In this document: piece by piece, positions 12,591 to 25,759 of the stretch | Numbering within the stretch: the first letter of the stretch is position 1 | Layout: each line of letters opens with the position of its first letter | Assembly (NCBI GenBank): GCA_015680685.1 | Contig: MNCI01002465.1 | Span: forward strand, 237,268-301,267 | DNA: 64,000 bases | Reading direction: 5' to 3' | Source of the DNA: Gnetum montanum | Lineage: Eukaryota; Plantae; Gnetophyta | The notes under the pieces: model-generated | What the model saw: the letters and a program-made list of their open reading frames with translations, nothing else | Database searches by the model: none | What the model was told of the DNA's origin: nothing | Made by a program: the position numbers and the translations under genes

Positions 12591-14552
12591 ATATACAAAT
12601 AATATAATGCATAATAAAACATGAAAAAAATTCAAGAATACATAAACTTCAAATTTTGAATACGTAATTCAAATAAATGCAAGGAAGAAAAAAGAGAATT
12701 GTAACAATCAACACTTATAATTTTAAATCTCAACATTGTTGGTGCCCCCTAGTAGATCTACATTGTTCTTAACATAATTACCTAATGTAAAGATGAACAA
12801 TAAATATGGTAGAGAAAATTTAAATTACATATTAATTACTCTTTGTAATGAATTACAGTAGATTGAAGACATAATACAATGTAAGCTAGCTTTAGCTTAG
12901 CAAAGAAGAAAAATAACTTTGGATTAATGTTGAATTATCTCTAGCAAGATAGCTCTAGTTATATCTAATGCCCTTTCTAGGAATAAAATTGAATTCTAAT
13001 CATGAATAGGCCTAGCATTATCATGCTATAGTAGAGATAATTAACTCAATTTCTAAGCAAGAGCTAGACTTCTAAAAATTTAAAGTTACAAAAGATTCTA
13101 ATTTTTCCACACAGTTCTTAACATTACCTTAATACCTATGTATGTATTAAGCATGAATCAAAAGATCCAAAGTTGAAAAGAAAACAAAAATATAATCTAT
13201 TGCACATACACAATTATATAAATGTTTGGGACAAGACAAAAATAAAGTTTAGAATACCAAGGAAGACATCAAAAGTCCACATGTCATCCATATAATCTTT
13301 ATTCAGCTCCAGAAATAATGCTGATACCTCAAATATAGTTAGAATAGTGTGCAATAGAAAATATAAAAGAAAAAATGCTAAAGAACAAGATTTTTAAGGC
13401 TTACCTTAGGCATTTTAGAAAGGAAGTGTTGGAGGTTAGATCTAGTTGGTATGCTCACAATGGTAGCTCACCTCAACTTTGAAATCTGTCTTGTAGTACT
13501 TTGTGATGGAAAGTGAGGTTTTGTTTTGTAAAATGTGCTTTTATTTTTTTTATTTTCTAATCAAGTTATGACCAACTATGAGTTGCAACCCCTCATAACA
13601 CAAAAATAAAAAATTTTGCAAATTTAATGTTGAAACCAACTATAGGTTATAGTTATTTGCACTATTTTAAAATTTGAAAGAATAACATTATAGTGTAGTA
13701 AGATGTAAGTCACAACCATTTTCATTGTTTGAAACCCAAAAACATGAATTCCAAAATACAATAAACTATTATATACAATTCATCATAGGTGCTAGACTTC
13801 AATAAATTAAGCTTTCAAGGTGGCTAACTTGCATTTAAGATCACAATAAGACTTCAAGAGACTACAAGTCATACTCTCCCATACTTCCTAGTCTAAAATA
13901 AATCTCTAGAAAATATTAAGAAAAAGAAAATAGAAAATTAAGTGAAGGAAAAAGAAATCAAACACAATGAATAAAAAATTTATGATAGAAAAATAAATAA
14001 GGTGTTAGTGCTTGGTAAAGATCAAGACATTTGGTGACAACTTAAGTAAATTGTTTTCAAAAGAATAATAGAAATACATAATACTATCATGTTCATACAT
14101 TCATGAATAATTATTTATTAGCTTATTCATGTCTTATGGCACTACACATTTCAAAAATACATAGTTTTTCCTACTAATAGTACTTGTTGATAATTGAGAC
14201 TTTTTATGCATCAACATAATGACCTTATTTTTGGCCATGAATAAGAGAGAACTTTAGCATCCAAAACATCTTATTACATAATTCTCTATTTTTTTTTCTT
14301 TTTTTTACTAGTGCTTATGAAATTACTACACTACCATTAGAACATGATCTATAAACAATGGAAACTTTGCTCTTGGTGTAGTTCCATGGTTGTAATAGGA
14401 CAAGATGATTATTAGAAAAGAATTTTCAATTCTATACACCTGCTATAGGTTATGATTGCTTGTTGAATTTCCATCTATTCATAGTTTGTAAACAATCAAA
14501 AATTTTCTCTTGGTATAGATTTAATCCCTATGAAAGTCACTCCCCATGATTA

Positions 14553-15650
14553 TGTGGACCTTATGGTTTTGGTATGTCAAAACATTAAGAAAATGGAAAA
14601 CAAGTTTGTTTGCTTATATATGTGATTGTTGTTCTTGCAGGATAAGAACTTGTATTGGGTAAGGATATGGACAAGGATCAATGCATTTTTCATGCAAGAG
14701 AAAGTGAACAAAGATGTCTCTGATCATGCAACATAAAGTGAAGACAGACATCTCTAGGAAGTAGAAGACATCTTGGTAGATTTAGGGTGAACTCAAAGAA
14801 AATCCAAAAAGATGTGTTCAGAAATAGCAAGATTTCTTTCATGAGGCAAAGATGTCTTTGTAGAATGTAGATCAAATATAGAAAGATGTATTTCATCAAG
14901 CAAAGACATCTTCCAGGATGGAGACTTTAGAAAGATGTCTTTAAGGAAGCAAAGATGTCTTTCTAGATTTCAAGCCAAATTTAGAGAGATGTCTCAGGAA
15001 TGAGAAAGACATGTGCCATGACTATTGATGATTGTTAGCTAGCTGTTGCATGAGTTTAAGGAAGGATTTAGCAACATGAAAACTATAAGAAGACTTTAGA
15101 TGCATTGGGAAATATGCATGCATTGTTTTATTTATTGTATAATCATTTGTAATCATTGAATTCTTTTTTGCTTATCATTGTTTAATTGTTTTGGCTTTGT
15201 TAAGTGTGCTATACCTAACTATGAAAAAATTAGCAAATTGAGTTGCAATCATTCCTTGTATTTGTTCTTCTTGTTGCCTTGAGAGGTTTAGTTCCTTGAG
15301 CTTGTTAGGATCCTATGCGATTAGGTTGTTGGTGCTTTGGTAGAACACTTTGGTGCAGAGCTCAAGATTGTAAAGGATGTGAAAGCCTTAAAACCACATT
15401 TCTAAGCTTGATAGGACCTTGTGGGGTTGAGTTATTGGTGCTATGGTACAACACTTTGGAGTGGGGATTGACAACTATATAGGGTGTGGATCCTTCAACC
15501 ACAATTTAAGAGAAAAAAAGTCCAGAGATGTGCTTGTAATCTACCCTTCTAGTGTGGAGTACCCAACTTGGGGAACCACATAAATTTATCTATGTATGAT
15601 TTGTTTGTTTAAGTTTTGTTTTAAGGAACTTATTCATCCCCCCTTCTAAG
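14553..15650 (+). repeat. A2 5' LTR (last ~14 bp and the PBS deleted)
   Basis: Runs ttctaag directly into the 5' UTR (gttggtgctc); A1 has ttcaactatcaacgag-TGGTATCAGAGCC here. Confidence 0.85.
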
Positions 15651-15691
15651 GTTGGTGCTCTTTGTTTCATCATCAACTTAAAAAATGAACA

Positions 15692-17400
15692 ATGGATGGG
15701 ACATTTTACACAAAGCCATCCATGTTTGATGGGTTCAACTTCACCTATTAGAAAGGTAGAATGCAAGGGTTCTTTGAATCCATGGAGTTTAAAGTCTAGG
15801 ACTCAATTTTGGAAGGCTACACTCCATCCGTTAATGGTACCAAAGACATCATCAAGCCTTGCAACAAATGGTAGCAAGAAGAAAGGATAAGTTCATGTTT
15901 GATTCAAAACTAAAAATCATTTATATTTTTCTTTGAATAAATCTGAATTTAATAGGGTAGTAGGATGTAAAACGATCAAAGAAATTTGAAAAACTTTAGA
16001 AGCTACTTATGAACGAACCTCTATTGTTAAGCAATTGAAATTGTTAGTTTTGCAAAGTGAATATGATAAACTTAAAATGCACGAAGGTGAGAAAATCAAG
16101 GATTAGTTTTCTAGATCTAATGATCTTGTTGTATCCATTAGAGAAATAAGAAAAGACTTGCCTAAAAGTGACATCATCATCAAAATGATCAGAATTTTAT
16201 AATTGGAGTTTAGGCCTAAGGTCACAACCATGGAGAAAATTAGAGGTTTCTCAACTTTGAAATTTGAGGAACTTCAAGGTGCTCTCATCACCTATGAAAT
16301 GAATCTCATAAGTGAAGGAGCAATTCAAGAAAAAAAAACAATTGCTCTAAAGACTACCTCCAAGGAGAAGGAAGTCAATGAGCATGATGAGGGTAGTGAA
16401 GAGGAGATTTCCCTTCTCACTAGGAAGCTTAAATGACTAATTACTAGGAAGAACAAAGGGACATATCCATAAAGATTCAATTAACCTAAAGGTAAAGAAA
16501 GAGGTAAGAAATTTTTGAACTCTAACTTATATTTTTCTTCTATTGAATGTTGGATGTGTGGAGGTAGAGGCCATGTGGCCTCTGAATGTCCTAGTAGCCT
16601 TAGGGTGCAATATAAGAAGAAATCCCTTAAAGAAGCAAAGAAAACCAAATTCTATACAAGTTGGGATGATGGGGAAAAAAGTGAAGAAGAAGTGCAGGAA
16701 GATGTAAGAAATTCTTAGCTCATCTGTGTGACCCTTATTAATGGTGATTCATCAAATGATGAACTAAATGATGATCAAAGGTATGATTTATTATGTAAAG
16801 AACTTTTGAATTTTCAAAATCTTTGTACTAATTTAAATAAACAAGTTAACTCTAAAGAACATGAAATATCTTTTTTATCTTTAATTATTTCTTATCTTCA
16901 TAAACAACTCTTAGACCTAAAGGCTGAGAATGAGAAGCTAACCTTATCTTTAGAATAAATGATTAATGAAGGAAAAAGAGTCCCTTTAAATGGTACTTGG
17001 ACAAGGAAGAAGCCCACAAGACAAAATTGAATGTGGATGTTTCCACCAAAAAGAGGAACCTTCTTCTCATCTAAAGGAAGCATCAAAGAATAAGGACTCT
17101 ACATTAAGAGAAAATTTTGTCCATCATAAAACTTCTCAAAGGTTTTGTACTTCTAGTTTTTTTTCCAATAGGAGAATTAGATGTTATTATTTTACCAAGA
17201 TTGAGCATAAACAAAGGGAGTGCAATCTAAATTTTTATCATATGAGTACATGGACATATCACAAGGCTTCTTGGTTTTATTAAAATGCACCTAGAAATGT
17301 TTTTATGCAGGATCAGAAAGAAGATTAGAAGTTAATTGAAAAGACCAATGCTATCAAAAGGGAATGGAGAATTAAATAGGACCAAAGGCACAAAGATACT
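15692..17400 (+). pseudogene. gag: SIRE extended gag (two zinc-knuckle remnants, coiled-coil extension)
   Basis: Homologous to A1 gag. ECWMCGGRGHVASECP, LGQGRSPQDK, and second knuckle RCYYFTKIEHKQREC. Confidence 0.88.
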
Positions 17401-17619
17401 TTCTATAAAAAATTTGTAGGAGGAAGTCATGCATTGGATATTAGGGAAGTTTAGTTCAAAGGAGATTCCTCAATAAAGGAAACACATTCCTTAGCTCTTT
17501 AGACACCATCATCTTCTAACAGCATGACAAGTGGGTAGAGATAAGTTTTTCTTTTTTTGTTTCAAGGTTTAATTAAGACTATAAACCAATGGAAGCCTTC
17601 CAGAACCTCATTTTGACTT

Positions 17620-17835
17620 TTGAAGAAAGACATCTTTTCAATGTGAAAGACATTTTTACTAAGACATCTTTGGTAAAACAAAGACATCTTTCTAGTTTTT
17701 TGTTTGCTGTAGGAAAGATGTCTTCGATGAATGAAAGATGTCTCCTAAATTTTTACACGTGAAAAAGACATATTTCTATCAAAAAAGACATCTCATTATT
17801 TGTCAAAATCCTCATTTACCTATGATTATAAAAGA
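17620..17835 (+). promoter_or_regulatory. Internal cluster of LTR-type AAAGAYRTCTT motifs followed by TATAAAA, upstream of the env-like ORF
   Basis: About 8 aagacatct/aagatgtct-like copies at 17625-17795, tataaaag at ~17827, ATG at 17921. Confidence 0.65.
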
Positions 17836-17920
17836 TAAAACCTCCATTTTTGTCATATTCTTCCATAGAGATCCCACAGAGATGATTAGGGGTCCACCAT
17901 TCACAATGATTTTGGTAGAG

Positions 17921-19487
17921 ATGGCTTATAAGATGGTTGGTACATCTAGAAATCATTCTAAGAAATGAGCAAGAGGAAGTTCTAGTAGTGCACTATGCTC
18001 ATACTCTCAGTTTTGTAGTACAAATGCTTAGCATAGGTTTGAAATGACAAGAACTACCACTATTGTTTCTGAGCGTTCTCTTAATTTCCCTCTACACAGA
18101 CAAGAATCCTTGTTGGAATATTTTAAGCTTTTGAACTAGAATACATTCATTTCCATGAATTTTCTTGTGCTTGAAGTGTTAATTTAAGAATTCTGCTATA
18201 ACATTGTTATTTCTAATGCCATTATGAAGGATTTTACATTCACTATTGGTGGGATTGTTGTTGAAGTATCTCCTCAAATTGTTAATTCACTTTTGGTCTT
18301 GATGTCTTCTTGGTTACTATATAGTCAATGCATGACATTTACACAAATGGTATTATTCTTATAACTCATGATGAATTCTATGATGTATTGTTTGGGAGAG
18401 ATATGTCTTTTGATTGGGGTCATATTGATTGGAGCAAAATGACTCTAGATGTCTCCATCTTGTCACTTATTATTTTGTATAATAAAATGGTAAAGGGAGG
18501 TAGTTATAGTTATTTGCTACTAGATTGGGGCTATTTACTATATTATTTACTTACAGGATTACCATTAGATCTGGGACACACTCTTTGTAGAGACATTTTG
18601 AGCCTCTATGCTAGGGAGAGAATCCTTGGGCACCCTTACCTCATCATCATGTTGACCTGTAAGAAAGATGTACCTATTCTAGAGTTGCCTTTGTTTAAAG
18701 GTAAGAGGATTCTTGGTGAGTATGTAGAGAAGAGGATTTCATCTCAGACAGTAGTAGCAAGAGCTAGTAGCAAATCACCAAAACAAAAGAAGGAGGCCTC
18801 ACCATAGTTGAGAAGATCAAAATCTTTCAGAGCTAAGAATACTTCCTCTCTAAAGAGGCTATTTAGATCCATTACCCAAGCCATTGGGAAGCTAGAAAGG
18901 AACCTCTCTTACTTATGTAAGAGCTTAGATGAGGTTGGGATTCCTTCTCCCTATGATGGATAGATATTTGAGGAGGTCACTACTCCTCCCATATTTGATA
19001 GCAAGGAGGATGCTCCTATTCCTCCATGCCATTCTTTAGTAGTAGGCCCCTCATGCACATATGACCTAGGGATGAAGTCAGATTTTGAGCCAGAGGTAGC
19101 CCCAGCTAGTGTTCAAGGGGAGTACCATGCTTCCATACAATAGCTGGAGCATCATATTCCAATTCCTCCTACTTTTACTACTCCATCTTAGGTTTATGCT
19201 TCTAGATCTTTGAGAAATGAGCTATGGAGAGCATCATTGGGACCATGTCCTAATGGATTCCAGTTAAGTAATTGCTAGCTCCATTAGCTCGACCAACTTC
19301 CTCTTTGTTTCAATTAAAGCTTTGTTCTTGGTGGGCTCTAGTGCAGCAAGTTGAGTCCTCAGATGAGGATAGTCAAAAATCTAGCTATCCTAGCACTAGT
19401 AGTGATGATGATGATGAGAAGCCTTATCATCCATTTCAAGTAGTAGTGGATTTTAAATTTGAGGAAGCTATGGATGTTAGTGATTGA
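17921..19487 (+). pseudogene. Sirevirus env-like ORF (putative plant transposon protein domain), decayed
   Basis: VLEVLI*EFCYNI..FTIGGIVVEVSPQIVNSLL..YLLYYLLTGLPLDLGHTLC..ILGHPYLIIML, then a P/S/D-rich tail. Confidence 0.75.
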
Positions 19488-19940
19488 GACCTTGGTAGGA
19501 TGTTTGTTCTCTCCTTTTATGATAAAAAAGGATGAAACATTTTGTGGCTCTTATGTATGTGATTTTAGAATTTTGCACATATGTGATTGCTCTAAGGATA
19601 GTGTACTCTGAGATGGTTTTGGTAAGTTTGATGTAAAACATTTTGTGGTTGGTTATGAATAGATGGTGTGTTTTCTAGTTATTTATGTGTGGTTTATTGA
19701 TTTTTCTTCTACCTCTTTTACTTGAATCCCATCCTATTGATCCTTCATGCTTCTTCTAATCCTTGGCTGTCATAGGACTTTATATGTCTTTGTGCTTTTC
19801 ATAGAATATCTTTTATGATCATTGTGTATATCTATTGGTATATATCTATAGGTTTGACCTTTTGGTTATGTCCAAAACGGAGGAGAAGGCTAGACTAATA
19901 CATTTTATTATGTTTTAGACATTACCAAAAAGGGGGAGAT

Positions 19941-21076
19941 TGTTGACCTTATGGTTTTGGCATGTCAAAACATTAAGAAAATGGAAAATAAGTTTATTTG
20001 TTTATCTATGTGATTGTAATTCTTATAGGACAAGAACTTGGATTGGGAAAGGCTATGGACAAGGAAGGATGCATTCGTCATGCAAGAGAAAGTGAAGAAA
20101 GACATCTTTGATCATGCAAGAGAAAGTGCAGAAAGACATCTCTAGGAAGCAAGAGACATTTTGGTAGATTTTGGAGTGAACTTAGAGAAAATCTAGAAAG
20201 ATGTCTTCAGAAATAGTAAGACATCTTTCGTGAGCCAAAGACTTCCTTCATGTGGCAAAGATGTATTTATAGAATGTAGACCAAATATAGAAAGATATCT
20301 TCCATTTAGCAAAGACACCTTTCAAGATGGAAACTTCAAAAAGACATCTTTTAGGAAACAAAAATGTCTTTCTAGATTTGAAGCCAAATTTAGGGAGATG
20401 GCTAAGGCATGAGAAAGGCGTCTCCCACAACCATTGGTGATTGTTAGCTAGCTATTGCATGAGTTTTGAGAAGGATTTAGAAACATAGTAGCTATAAAAA
20501 ACCTTCATGTGCATTGGGAAATGTGTGAGAATTTTTTATTCATTGCACAATAATTTGTAATCATTGAATTCTTTATTGCTCCTCATTGTCTAAACATTTT
20601 GGCTTTGTTAAATATGTTGTACCTAACTATGCAAGGATTAGCAAATTGAGTTGCAATCATTCCTTGTATTTCTTGTTCTTGTTACCCTAAGGGGTTGCAT
20701 TCCTTTAGATTATTGGGATGTTGTGAGATTAAGTTCTTGGTGATTTAGTACAACACTCTGGTGTGGAGCATAAGATTGTAAAGGTTGTGAAAGTCTTGAA
20801 ATCACATTTTCAAGCTTGACGAGACCTTACAGGATTGAGTGATTGTTGCTATAGTACAACACTTTGGAGTGAGGCTTGACAATTATGTAGGATGTGAAAC
20901 CTTCAACCATAATTTCAGAGCAATAAATTTTGGAGGGGTGCTTGTGATCTACCCTTCAAGTGTGAAGTACCCAAGTTGGGAAACCACATAAATTTATGTG
21001 TTTTTTCTCTATTTGTTTTAGTTCTGATTTGGGGAACTTATTCATCTCCCCCTCCTTCTAAGTTCAACAATCTACA
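19941..21076 (+). repeat. A2 3' LTR
   Basis: TGTTGACC...caatctaCA; colinear with the 5' LTR. Confidence 0.92.
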
Positions 21077-21679
21077 AAGTACCCCCATGGTTCATGTTTA
21101 ATATCCCATGACATCTCTTATCCCAAGTTCTTAATTAAGGAATACCCAAAGTCTTAAGTTTGTCATGAGATGACATATTGATTTAATAATATGTCTAGTA
21201 CAATTCAAGAGAATTTAATCCCTTTCCAACTGAAAAGGTAATAAACTTTATCCATAATCCAACATTTTATCTATTTATAATGAAATATAAAATTTTAAAA
21301 AATGTTTTAAAAACAAAAGTTCCCAACAATCCACACCACAGATAAGTCAAACCTTTGTAAATTTAATTCATTGAAGCCAAAATACCATGAAAGATATGTT
21401 ATCATAGATACTATCAAAGACATGATAATAATAATAATCACTACCATGCATAAGTATTAATAGAAATATAATGTATGGCTCATAGTACCTTTCACCCAAT
21501 ACTTGTAGAACATAAAGTACATCATAATAAAGCTATTAACCTATCACAATAAGAATCATGAAGATCAAACAATGTCATAAGGACCCATTTGAAATAAGTT
21601 CATGATCAAATTAAATTTAGCTTTCCAAGAAGAAGAATTACATAAGGTAATTATCTCAGTATTAAGGAAGGGCTATTAT

Positions 21680-23136
21680 CCAAAATAATGTCTAAGTCAT
21701 TGACCACTCACACAAAAAGACTCAGAATTCCCAGGCCTAGAAATGTCAATAGCATCACTACCTAAGACCTTAATAACTCTGAGAGGTCCTTCCCATTTCC
21801 ATACTAATTTTTCAGAAAAAATGTTTAGCCTCATATTAAATAATAACACCAAATCACCTTTTGAGAATAACTTCCTCATGATCTTTTTGTCATGTCACAT
21901 TTTCATCTTTTTCTTATACAAATGTTGCCTATCTAAAGCATGCATTTGATCTTCATCTAAATGGTTCAAAGTTAATAATCAAAAGAAAGACATGAGTCCA
22001 TGTTCATTTTTAATTAACATTGCATTCTAAAGAACTTGTTTTATATCAAAGAGGGAACAAGACATTGCTTACCAAATACTAGTTCATATTCAGTAAAGCC
22101 AAGAGATGACTTATATGATGTACGAATAGCCCATAAGGCATCCAAAAAATGATAAGACCAATTTGTTTTGTTCTTTTCTACAACTTTTTACAGAAATTTT
22201 TTGATTTCCTTATTCATAATTTCAACTAAACCATTTGATTGCGGATGATAGGTAGTAGAAATACGATGTGTACTTCCTATTTTAAGTAACAATTTCTCCA
22301 TTACATCATTAACAAAATATGTGCCCTGATCACTAATTAGGATCATGGATATCCAAAGCATGAAATTAAGTCTTCTCATAAGAACCTAACTACTATTTTA
22401 GCATCATAATGCCTAGTTGCTTTTGCTAAAATCTATTTGGTAATATAATCAATGGAAATTAAAATATACTTACAAGAGTTTCTTGAAGGGAAAGGACCTA
22501 TGAAATCAATGATCCAATAATCGAAGAGTTCACACTCCACCAAGATAGGGAATAATGGCATGTCTTACCATCTTTTGAGTTCTTCCGTTCACTAGCATTG
22601 ATCACATCCATTACAATATTCATAAGTATCTTTAAACAAATTAGGATAATAAAAGCCAACATGGAAAATTTTGTATGAAATTTTCTTACTTGCAAAGTAA
22701 CCTTCACACACTTCATCATGGTTGAAAGAAATTACCTTTTTTTGTTATTGTTTTGGTAGACACTGTCAGATGATCTCATCTTTGCAAATCTTATACATGA
22801 ATGGATCATTCCAAATGAACTATTGTGCCTTAATGATGAAGGCATGTTTCTATCTTAAGTCCAAGGCTTTTGTAGTTTGCATATAGCTAAATAATTAACA
22901 ATATTTGCATACCAAGGATTTAAAATCTTAGGAATAACAGCCTTAGCCCAACAAAAAAATAGTTGCTCATTTGGAAATGAATCATTAAATGTGTGAGATG
23001 TCTCCAAATCTACATTATGATCCAATTTGGATCAATGATCTACCACTAAATTTTCAGATTTCTTCCTATCACAAATCACCAAATCAAATTCTTATAGCAA
23101 AAGATACCAATGACTTAGTCCTAAACTTTTAGTTCA
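21680..23136 (-). pseudogene. pol: C pol, 3' part: RNase H end and integrase
   Basis: LSHWYLLL*EFDL.I.DRKKSENLVVDH, LISDQGTYF, TYHPQSNGLVE, GDLVLLFN.RL..KL..KWEGP. Confidence 0.9.
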
Positions 23137-23141
23137 TTTAT

Positions 23142-24591
23142 TGTTGCAACTAAAAAATTCAATTACTGAAAAAAAAGAGTTAGTGGAGTAGCCTCAACCC
23201 TGAATCCCTAGGGTCTCCAAAAAATGAAATTCAAGATACCCTAGATAGTTCAGCAAATCACCCAGGGACTTGTGAAATGCAAAATGAATGATGTAAATAA
23301 AAAGAATGTAGATTTGGAAACCAAAAGAAAACTATATTACACAAACTAAAATTTTGAAACTTAATTTAAACAAATAAAGAATAAGTTCAAGGATGTGTAC
23401 AAGATTTTCCCTTGAGACAGTAAAAGGGGGTTCACTAAGGTAGGAGTTCAGAGCCCATTGAAGCTGATGTGACCCACTCCATGATTTGGGTACTTAGCCA
23501 CTCTTGATGTTTTTGAACCTCCTATGCTAAAAGCTTTAGATCTACAACTTTGGTCAATACTTGAGGGTGGGGGGTGGGGGTGTGTGAGGAAAGTGTTGGA
23601 TATGGCTACAAAAATGCTCTACTCTAAAAGTTGGAAATTCTAGAAATGTAGCATTGAAACAAAAAACCCAAAAGTTTTAGAGGGGGTAACAAAGGGGGTA
23701 ACAACACTACAAGGATTCCATGTTGAGAGGTTCCAAGAAGTTGTGTTTCTACAAGGTTGTAAGAGCTCTTAGAAGCCAAAAGTGCTATGTGCTTAGAATG
23801 CCAAAGGGTGGAACCTTGAAAGGATGTTGGGGTTTTGATTTTATAGGTTTTGGATCATGATTTTTATATCAAATTACTACAAAGTTTTGTCTTGTATAGG
23901 TGAGATGGATGCCAAAATTTTGGGGGTTATCATATATAGTAAGGGTCAAATCCCCATAGCCATTCCATTTCCTATAAATAGTAATAGGGGCACACTTTCT
24001 ACACTGGAGGTAGATCTTCTATGCTAGGCCTTGAATATTTCACACTGAAGTGGTTGGTTAACCTTTAAGTCAATGGAGTGTAGAAATCTTGCTTGTGTTG
24101 CTTACATGCTAGGGGGATGTAATTTCTACATTGGGGTTGGAGCCTTCATGTTGGGAGAAAACTTTCATGATGAGGGATAAAGTTTTCATGATAGGGAGGA
24201 AGGTTTCCACATTGAGGGGGAATGTTTCCATGTTGTTGGAGAAGGTTTTACCTCTCCATGCTAAGGATAGATGTGGTTTATCCCTGTAGGTGTTTCTAGC
24301 ATAGAAAAGTGTATACCCTCCATAAAACCCATTAAATTTCCATTTCTGGCATCCCAAAAGTGATTTTGATCCTCCAACCCAAATATAGATACTAGGTAAC
24401 ACTTTTCACTTGGGAAATAAGCCTTTGACCACTTATGAGGCATGTTTCAATTCGGAAAGTATGAAACATGTGAGATTGTCCCTCGTGGGTTACAATCATC
24501 ATATTTACAACAACATTTTACCTCAAGTTTTATGAGATGAAGTTTACATGATGGAAATTAGTTAGAATATGAAAATTTTCATGGTCTTTCA
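23142..24591 (-). repeat. D 3' LTR, with ~21 bp TTTCCAYRYT-bearing repeats at ~24120-24260
   Basis: Colinear with 44787-45526 plus 51577-52305; PPT aaaaaagaggggcc on the minus strand at 24594-24607. Confidence 0.92.
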
Positions 24592-25524
24592 ATGGCCCCT
24601 CTTTTTTGATGTTTGGAGGATTGAATTGAAAGGAACTAACAAAGAATACAAAACACCACTATATGTCCACCATTGATGTTCCCTCTCTATGCTTGATCTA
24701 GTCATGTCAAATCATGTTGAAGAGTGCTTGTGATGATGGAGTAAGGCTATGATGAGATGATGCTAATGGTCATTAAGGAGATGGTCATGAAGGCTAACAG
24801 TGCATTCTAAGTGTTGACATCATGAATATAGAATGGTACTAACATGTTTTGAACTATTGGTCACTTAGCAAATCCATTTGAGGACCTAATCACTTCACTC
24901 CAAGAATTCTTTGGTTGTTGGGCTTTAAGGATACCTTGGTCATTTAGCCTCTTGGTAATTTGCTTTTCCCTCTTTTTGCTTTGTTGGGTGAGATCTTCAT
25001 TGGGTCTCATTACTAGGGATGGCATATAGTTTTCCTATTAAGTGAGTTATGTTATATTTAATGGACTTGGTTTTTCCATTGAAGTGAGATGTGTTATGTT
25101 TGATGGAATCAAGGCTTCTTCCACTAGATAAGCTATGTTACATTCAAGTGGACTTGAGTATGAAGCATAATGAAGAGGTATCATATGCCTATAGTACATG
25201 AGTGAAAAACATAGGTCAACATTGTTTTCCATGGTATGGAAAGTCATAATTGAGCTATAGGGTTGGGCTCAAGCAGTGGTGTTAGAGGGAGGACAATGGT
25301 ACAAGCACTCTTGATAGAGTAGGAAAAACTCACCAAATCATGCACATCAAGGTCACATGGTAACTTACTGTCATAATGAGTTGTACCCTTGTGATGGTCC
25401 TACACTTCATCTTGCAAAGACAACTCCATGAGAACAAGAAAACCAAGAAAATAGAACATGTTATAACATTACAATGCATATAGGTCATACAGAATGACAA
25501 AACCAAAACACCCAGGTCACCAAT

Positions 25525-25735
25525 GTTGCTAGTTTAAGGCCATGATGGGCCATGGTACTAGTTTAAGGCCCTAGTAGTCCATGGTTCTAGTTTAAGGTTA
25601 GAGTAGATCGTGGTGCCAATTTAAGAACTCAGTAGGCCGTATTTTTGATTTAAGGCCTTGGCTAGCTATGGTTATACTAGTTTTAGGTCTTGGTAGGCCA
25701 TGTTAAGAGTTTAAGGCCTCAACAAGTTGTGTTAA
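25525..25735. repeat. ~29 bp tandem repeat (about 7 units) in the D 3' UTR
   Basis: Unit resembles ctagtttaaggccctagtagtccatggtt. Confidence 0.85.
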
Positions 25736-25759
25736 AGTAGGCTCACTTGTTGATGGTCA

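Larger units (their letters stand above)
14553..21076 (+). mobile_element. A2: pol-less Sirevirus derivative carrying gag plus an env-like ORF, nested in the 3' region of C
   Basis: LTRs 14553-~15650 and 19941-21076, PPT aaaaagggggagat at 19927-19940, gag, second ORF; no pol domains seen. Confidence 0.9.
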
